DNA from: Clostridia bacterium | GTDB lineage: Bacteria; Bacillota; Clostridia; CAKSNL01; HGM11501 | NCBI GenBank assembly: GCA_045545475.1 | Contig: JAZQAZ010000044.1 | Span: forward strand, 1 to 64,000 | Direction: 5' to 3' | DNA length: 64,000 nucleotides | Shown here: positions 58,779-64,000 of the stretch, piece after piece | Layout of the letters: the number at the start of each line of letters is the position of its first letter | Numbering within the stretch: position 1 is the stretch's first letter | The notes under the pieces: model-generated | Told to the model about the DNA's origin: nothing | The model's input: only the letters and a program-made list of their open reading frames with translations | The model's database searches: none | Program-made: the position numbers and the translations under genes

Positions 58779-59948
58779 TTATATCTGGCTTTCCATATAC
58801 GCCTTATAAAAATCTTCTCCGCTATGGTTATAAAGACCTTTATATTCGAAAAATTCCTTTAATTTTTCTTTTCCCAGCACCGCTCCGGACATTACCTGTG
58901 CATAATCCATAGCCGGATGGGAATTGATTTCGCAAAGCTTCAATCCATCTTCTGTTATGATGATATCCAAGCCGATATAATCAAGGGACGAAATATGATC
59001 ACACAAATCTTTTATTTTTTTCTTTACGAATTGCCAGTTGGGAAGGCCTTTACCGTCCCATCCCATCCCCGTATCAGGATGTTTATCAAATTTCCAGACT
59101 CCGTCTTCGCAAAATCTCTTATATCTTATGCAGAAATCCTTATATTTTCCTGTTTCAAAATCAAATCCCACACCTATTCCTCCTGAGGAAAGGTTGCTCG
59201 CTCCTCCGTTTATGGATGAACCGAATCTTGCCGTCGATACCGCACAAGACCATGTTGCAGGGGTAAATCTGTCCTTTTTCGGATCTTTTGCCATTATAAC
59301 TCTTAAGGTACATTCGCTATCAGGCCAAACCTCAGCAAGCTCATGATGCTGGCGGGCATATTCTGTTATAATATAGTTACGCATCGTATCTCTTATTTCA
59401 ATAACGCGTTCCATATTTATCTCTTTATTGTTTTCAAATATTTTTCCATCTTTAAGTTCAAGCTTGATAAAGCCAAGGCCGCCGGATGTTCCTGAATTAG
59501 GCTTCATTGCAAGAATCCCTTTATATTTGAGCAGATTTATAAGAACATCTTCATTCTTTTCTATATCAATAGGCATATCCATCAGATATGTAAAACTGCC
59601 GTCATTTTCAACATACACATAATATTCGGGCATTATATCTTCACAGCCGTTGCTGTTCAGAACATACTTAAGAGTAGTTTTATCCAGCCACTTAAGGAAA
59701 TGGTTGTTCATGGGGTGAAGCATAAAATAATTATAGTCCGGCACATAGTCACGGTAATTATCTTCGTTCAGTCCGTAAAGAGCAATCCTGCCGGGATAAA
59801 AACCTCTCTTAAGAGCCCATTCTTTTTCTTCATCAGATACCGGAAAAGCCTCTTCATCATCTCTTAGCTTTTTAACGAACATCTTCGCCCATCTGTAATC
59901 CATACCGAGCGCTCTTATTTTTTCAAGCAAAACCTCGTAATCTGTCAT
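58779..59948 (-). CDS. Sugar-transfer-associated ATP-grasp protein
   Basis: KPNSGTSGGLG, TLRV, SNLSSGG, HPDTG, IGLDIIIT, EINSHP. Confidence 0.75.
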   Translation of the reverse strand: MTDYEVLLEKIRALGMDYRWAKMFVKKLRDDEEAFPVSDEEKEWALKRGFYPGRIALYGLNEDNYRDYVPDYNYFMLHPMNNHFLKWLDKTTLKYVLNSNGCEDIMPEYYVYVENDGSFTYLMDMPIDIEKNEDVLINLLKYKGILAMKPNSGTSGGLGFIKLELKDGKIFENNKEINMERVIEIRDTMRNYIITEYARQHHELAEVWPDSECTLRVIMAKDPKKDRFTPATWSCAVSTARFGSSINGGASNLSSGGIGVGFDFETGKYKDFCIRYKRFCEDGVWKFDKHPDTGMGWDGKGLPNWQFVKKKIKDLCDHISSLDYIGLDIIITEDGLKLCEINSHPAMDYAQVMSGAVLGKEKLKEFFEYKGLYNHSGEDFYKAYMESQI

Positions 59949-59977
59949 TCAAATTCACACCCTTCAGCGTTTTTATA

Positions 59978-61207
59978 TTAAAAACAGCTTTTTATAATTT
60001 CAATAATTTTATCCTGTTCTTCCTCTGTCATCTTGATATCGGAAGGTAAGCACAAGCCCCTTTCGAATATATCCATTCCAACATCTTTGATTCCGCCTTC
60101 GATATAGGCATTTGTGGAAGCTCGTCCGTTTCCGTTCTTCGTAATGAATGGGTTCATTCTTAAGATCGGCTGAGAATGCATGGGCTTCCAGATGGGACGT
60201 CCTTCCGCATTGTACTTTGCTAATGTTTCAAGTATTTCCGTAGGGCAGGTTTTTCCTGCTTCTTTTATGTACGCCGCTTCACTGTCGCTTCTTACCTGTT
60301 TACACATGGCACCTTCATCAATAATCAGGCAGGAAAGCCAGAAGTTAGGCTCCATAGTTTTCTCATCATAGGGATTCATTGATACGGGCAAGCCCTTAAG
60401 TCCTTCTTTATATCGCATATAAATTTTCTTCTTTAATGCTATATGCTCATCAAGATACTTAAACTGCCCTCTCACAACGCCTGCTATAACATTGCTCATA
60501 CGGTAGTTATAGCCGATTTCCTCATGCTGATACCAGGGAGCATTTTCTCTTGACTGTGTAGACCACTTTCTTGCCTTATTTGCCGCACCAAGGTCATCTG
60601 TCAGAAGCATACCGCCGGAAGAGCCTGTTATAATCTTGTTTCCGTTAAAGGATATGACATTATACTCTCCGAATGTTCCGGTCTGTCTGCCTTTGTATTT
60701 GGCACCAAGGGATTCTGCAGCGTCTTCTATCAAGACCGCACCGTGTCTATCGCATATTTCTCTTATCTCATCAAGCTTGGCCGGTGTTCCGTAAAGATTT
60801 GCAACAACGCACACTTTAACCTCAGGATAAAGCTCAAAAGCTTTTTTTAATGCAACAGGGTCCATGTTCCAGGTATCATACTCAGTATCAACAAATACCG
60901 GCACTCCACCCTCATATACAATGGGATTAACCGTTGCCGCAAAGGTAACGTCCGAGCAGAATACCTTGTCCCCCGCCTTTATGCCTGCAAGTTTCATTGC
61001 AAGATGAAGTGCCGCAGTTCCTGCAGATAATCCAACCGCATATTTCGTTCCCACAAACTCTGCACTTAGTCTTTCAACCTCGTTTATATTCTCACCAACC
61101 GTGGACATCCAGTTTGTCTTATATGCTTCTTCCATAAATACAAGCTCCTCGCCGTGCATTGTAGGAGTTGCAAGCCAAACTTTTTTATCAAAAGGTTTAA
61201 GTTCCAT
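59978..61207 (-). CDS. DegT/DnrJ/EryC1/StrS PLP aminotransferase (PglE/EpsN-like)
   Basis: AGTAALHLA, EDAAESLG, SFNGNKIITGSSGG, GYNYRMSN, CLPS. Confidence 0.92.
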   Translation of the reverse strand: MELKPFDKKVWLATPTMHGEELVFMEEAYKTNWMSTVGENINEVERLSAEFVGTKYAVGLSAGTAALHLAMKLAGIKAGDKVFCSDVTFAATVNPIVYEGGVPVFVDTEYDTWNMDPVALKKAFELYPEVKVCVVANLYGTPAKLDEIREICDRHGAVLIEDAAESLGAKYKGRQTGTFGEYNVISFNGNKIITGSSGGMLLTDDLGAANKARKWSTQSRENAPWYQHEEIGYNYRMSNVIAGVVRGQFKYLDEHIALKKKIYMRYKEGLKGLPVSMNPYDEKTMEPNFWLSCLIIDEGAMCKQVRSDSEAAYIKEAGKTCPTEILETLAKYNAEGRPIWKPMHSQPILRMNPFITKNGNGRASTNAYIEGGIKDVGMDIFERGLCLPSDIKMTEEEQDKIIEIIKSCF

Positions 61208-61253
61208 TGTTCCTTCCTCTTTTCGCTATGTATAAATTACAAAATTTATCTAC

Positions 61254-61282
61254 ATTATAGGCCATCATTTATTGTATCACAA
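61254..61282 (-). promoter_or_regulatory. Putative promoter of the polysaccharide operon
   Basis: TTGTGA(61282-61277)-17-TATAAT(61259-61254). Confidence 0.45.
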
Positions 61283-61342
61283 AATCTTTGTTATGTCAAC
61301 CTTGCAACGCGACAAAAACCGTTTATTTTCGCACATTTCAGC

Positions 61343-61385
61343 AAAAAAAGAAGAAGAGAAAAACATTTTCTCTTCTTCTTTTTTT
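61343..61385 (-). terminator. 20-bp inverted repeat / terminator after csaB
   Basis: AAAAAAAGAAGAAGAGAAAA-aca-TTTTCTCTTCTTCTTTTTTT. Confidence 0.65.
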
Positions 61386-62477
61386 TCACATCAACAAATT
61401 TATAGCATAATCTGCATTTTCTTCCGCTTTTTTCCTGAGTATTGCATTGGTTTCCCTAAGTTTACGGCTACGCTCACTTCTCCCCTTAATCAACAAATCC
61501 AGCTTTTCAAGTGCTCCTTCTTCGGCCATAGTTTCCACATTCACGCAGTCAGTCTGTCCGATAGATTCCATAAATGCACTTACCTTAGGGGCGTATACCA
61601 GAGCCATTGCCGGTATTTCAAGAGTTGTTGCATATATCAGCGAATGCAAACGCATGCCTATTACAAACTCCGCCTCAGATAAAACAGAAAACATCTCCGG
61701 CACAGACAACTCTCTGTTTATTATATATCCCCGATTTTTCATTTTTTTCATAATTCTTTCCGATATTTCAATATCATGAGGATATTGCATAGGCACAAAA
61801 AGCGGGTAGATATCATACTTTTCAATCATATAATCGCACATAGAAGCCATTATCTCAGAGAAATTTGCGGCCGCATTTTTCCACTCACGCACGGACACAA
61901 CGCAAAGCTTTGTTCCTTCAGGAATTCCTGCCATTTTTTTATAATAATCCCCCGATAATGTAAGGTCGGTATTCAAAGTAAATGCAGGATCTGCCGTAAT
62001 TTCTATGAAAGGCTTGGTAACTCCGAGATTTTTAAGTTCAACATCGGACTTATCATCCCTCAAGGTAATAACATCTGCTTTGTTAAGGATTTTGGATGCA
62101 AGTCTCCTGTTCCCTTTTTTTGTTATCGGACCAATTCCATTGGCATAGAGCATAGTCTTAATCCCGCACTTTTGTGCAAGCTTAATAATTGCCAGATAAT
62201 ATCTTAGAGATTTACTGCTTGTTACATCCTGAAGCAGACTTCCTCCACCGAAAAGCAGCATCTTAGCTTTCCGCATTTCCTTTACTATTTTGAACAAATT
62301 GTAGCGGTTAATAGACTTAACTCCGTATACACGTGCAGTTTCCTCCGGAGTTTTCGAAAGTACAGTCACGGATATATCGGGCTTTTTCTTGCGCAACGTA
62401 GATAAAATAGCAAACAGAAGTGCTTCATCTCCGCTGTTGGCAAACCCGTGATATCCGGATATTATAATATCAGACAT
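61386..62477 (-). CDS. csaB: Polysaccharide pyruvyl transferase CsaB
   Basis: ISGYHGFANSGDEA, GGGSLLQDVTS..SL.YY, GIGP, TLRD, TADP, GMRLHSLI. Confidence 0.9.
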   Translation of the reverse strand: MSDIIISGYHGFANSGDEALLFAILSTLRKKKPDISVTVLSKTPEETARVYGVKSINRYNLFKIVKEMRKAKMLLFGGGSLLQDVTSSKSLRYYLAIIKLAQKCGIKTMLYANGIGPITKKGNRRLASKILNKADVITLRDDKSDVELKNLGVTKPFIEITADPAFTLNTDLTLSGDYYKKMAGIPEGTKLCVVSVREWKNAAANFSEIMASMCDYMIEKYDIYPLFVPMQYPHDIEISERIMKKMKNRGYIINRELSVPEMFSVLSEAEFVIGMRLHSLIYATTLEIPAMALVYAPKVSAFMESIGQTDCVNVETMAEEGALEKLDLLIKGRSERSRKLRETNAILRKKAEENADYAINLLM

Positions 62478-64000
62478 TATTCATTCTCCGTATTTTTTTC
62501 TATACCAAGCATTTCTTTAATCTTGAACTTTTTCATAAAAATTGTTACTATTCTGACTAAAACAAGGTTAGCTACATATGCGAAGACAGATACGATTGCC
62601 CCTAAAAGCAAGCCGTTTACAACACGCATATACATTACCGATGCGTCCGCAAAAACGTGGCAGAAAGTATTAGTCACAGATGCCGCAAGAATTGACGCTC
62701 CGATTGCAAGAACCCATTGAATAAGTTTAATGTCGTGCTTTTTCACATAGTAGAAGAAAAGCACAAGGCACGGATATCCTATAAGAAATTCTTTTGTTCT
62801 GGGACGTGCAGGAAATGCTTCTGTTATTGCATTTCTCATAGCCGTTTCAAGTGAACTTATAGTGTTTACATTTCCGCTTCTCAAAATATAATAATATCCC
62901 ACCATAAGTATCGCTCCGGCAATAAGTACCCAATAAACCTTAATCTCTGCAAAAAGAGCTTTCTTTAAGTCTATTCCCATAAATATATTTTCTTTCTTCA
63001 TGAACATGAAATAATATACCACTGCCGTGTAAGCAACGGGAAGCATGAGTGTAATTTTGATTCCTCTGAATATTTCATTATTGATGTAAAAGTCTACTCC
63101 GGAAAGAAGAGTACACATTCCCATAACACCTATACAAAGCACTGCCAGCATCAAAGCAACCGTTGCCAATATACCAAAAATCATATTCATTTTTTCAGCA
63201 TACTCTTTGACAAACTTCATAACCACCGTCATTGCAAAGCACGAAACCGCAAGACAGAAAACCGTGGGATAAAGAAGCAATAAACCAAAGGGCATTGCAT
63301 AAGTCGCAAGAAAAGCAAGTATCGCCACTATGATCGCTGCCACAAGAATGCCGAATTTTTCCTTGTTGAATACCATGGTGAATGCGATGTAAATCATCAA
63401 TACTACTGCCGCTGCTGCAAGGCCGTAATTAAAGCGACGGTTAACCTCATAATCATAGGGAACAGTTTCCTCGTTAACAGTGTAGCCTGCATCCTTGATA
63501 TCGGCAATAAACATCTTGGTTGCCATGAGAGTTTTATCAGCTCCCTCATCAAATGTGAGAGTTATGGGGGCCTGCTGTGTAACCGTTATAAATCTTATAT
63601 TTCTGTCCACAGAAGAATTGAAAAACTGTTGTGCTCTGTATTTATAGCCGGTTTCATCCGCATGGGAATCATCATACGTCTCATAAGAACGTACAACTTT
63701 TTTGCTGCCGTCTTTTCCCATCACTTTATCAAAGATATAATTATATCCGAAAAATTTCTGATTGGAAAGCTGACTTGCCTCTTCCGTAACAACAAGTGTC
63801 ATATTGTTTTCATTTATTATGTCGGCAATATCCGTATAATTTCTTTTTATACTTTCAGCATCCGTATAGTTCTTATTTGAAGCTTTAAGGTTAAAATATT
63901 CAACATCATACTTTTTGACAATGCTATCTATATGCTCAAGATACTTTAGCTTAGAATAGTTTTTAGGCTTGTACGAAAGAACTATTTCAAATCCCATGTT
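62477..64000 (-). CDS. DUF5693-like membrane protein, 5' end truncated by the window edge
   Basis: DRNIR, FRGIK, RSGN, RPRTKEFLIGYP, NTFCH motifs; typical csaB neighbour; frame open to the window end. Confidence 0.7.
   Translation of the reverse strand, partial: NMGFEIVLSYKPKNYSKLKYLEHIDSIVKKYDVEYFNLKASNKNYTDAESIKRNYTDIADIINENNMTLVVTEEASQLSNQKFFGYNYIFDKVMGKDGSKKVVRSYETYDDSHADETGYKYRAQQFFNSSVDRNIRFITVTQQAPITLTFDEGADKTLMATKMFIADIKDAGYTVNEETVPYDYEVNRRFNYGLAAAAVVLMIYIAFTMVFNKEKFGILVAAIIVAILAFLATYAMPFGLLLLYPTVFCLAVSCFAMTVVMKFVKEYAEKMNMIFGILATVALMLAVLCIGVMGMCTLLSGVDFYINNEIFRGIKITLMLPVAYTAVVYYFMFMKKENIFMGIDLKKALFAEIKVYWVLIAGAILMVGYYYILRSGNVNTISSLETAMRNAITEAFPARPRTKEFLIGYPCLVLFFYYVKKHDIKLIQWVLAIGASILAASVTNTFCHVFADASVMYMRVVNGLLLGAIVSVFAYVANLVLVRIVTIFMKKFKIKEMLGIEKNTENE

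Noticed and set aside
61580-61600. csaB YAPKV where YDPKV is more usual
   Set aside because: A single substitution in an intact ORF; cannot distinguish polymorphism from base-call error and it is not evidence of a pseudogene

Overview
Low-GC Firmicutes (spore-forming Clostridia-like) chromosomal segment with about 57 CDS, mostly on the minus strand, and one initiator tRNA. Left to right: tandem leftward sigmaA promoters at the window edge (rRNA-operon-like); Gx-transporter/NusG-II; AraC-thuA-Gfo/Idh/MocA; asnS; livKHMGF; spoIVA-ispE; an hflX-yigZ-rex-murI-MBL-MBL-htpG operon; DUF218 and M20 peptidase; an AraC-linked tandem pair of QueG/reductive-dehalogenase-fold 4Fe-4S proteins; a uvrB-uvrA operon running on to a diguanylate cyclase; a third QueG-like gene; serC-serA; tRNA-fMet followed by tRNA-derived hairpin repeats; Na/Pi cotransporter with a PhoP/PhoR-like pair; a ~19 kb polysaccharide locus (FnlABC, Wzx/Wzy, GT4s, two ATP-grasp enzymes, NTase/NPP/udk); csaB and a truncated DUF5693-like gene. 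No CRISPR, integrase, transposase or prophage was seen. Best leads: the non-QueG 4Fe-4S pair (22463-25403), the tRNA-derived repeats (37848-38330), the glycan-tailoring genes, and structured leaders at livK and ispE. All family calls come from reading motifs by eye; no database searches were run.
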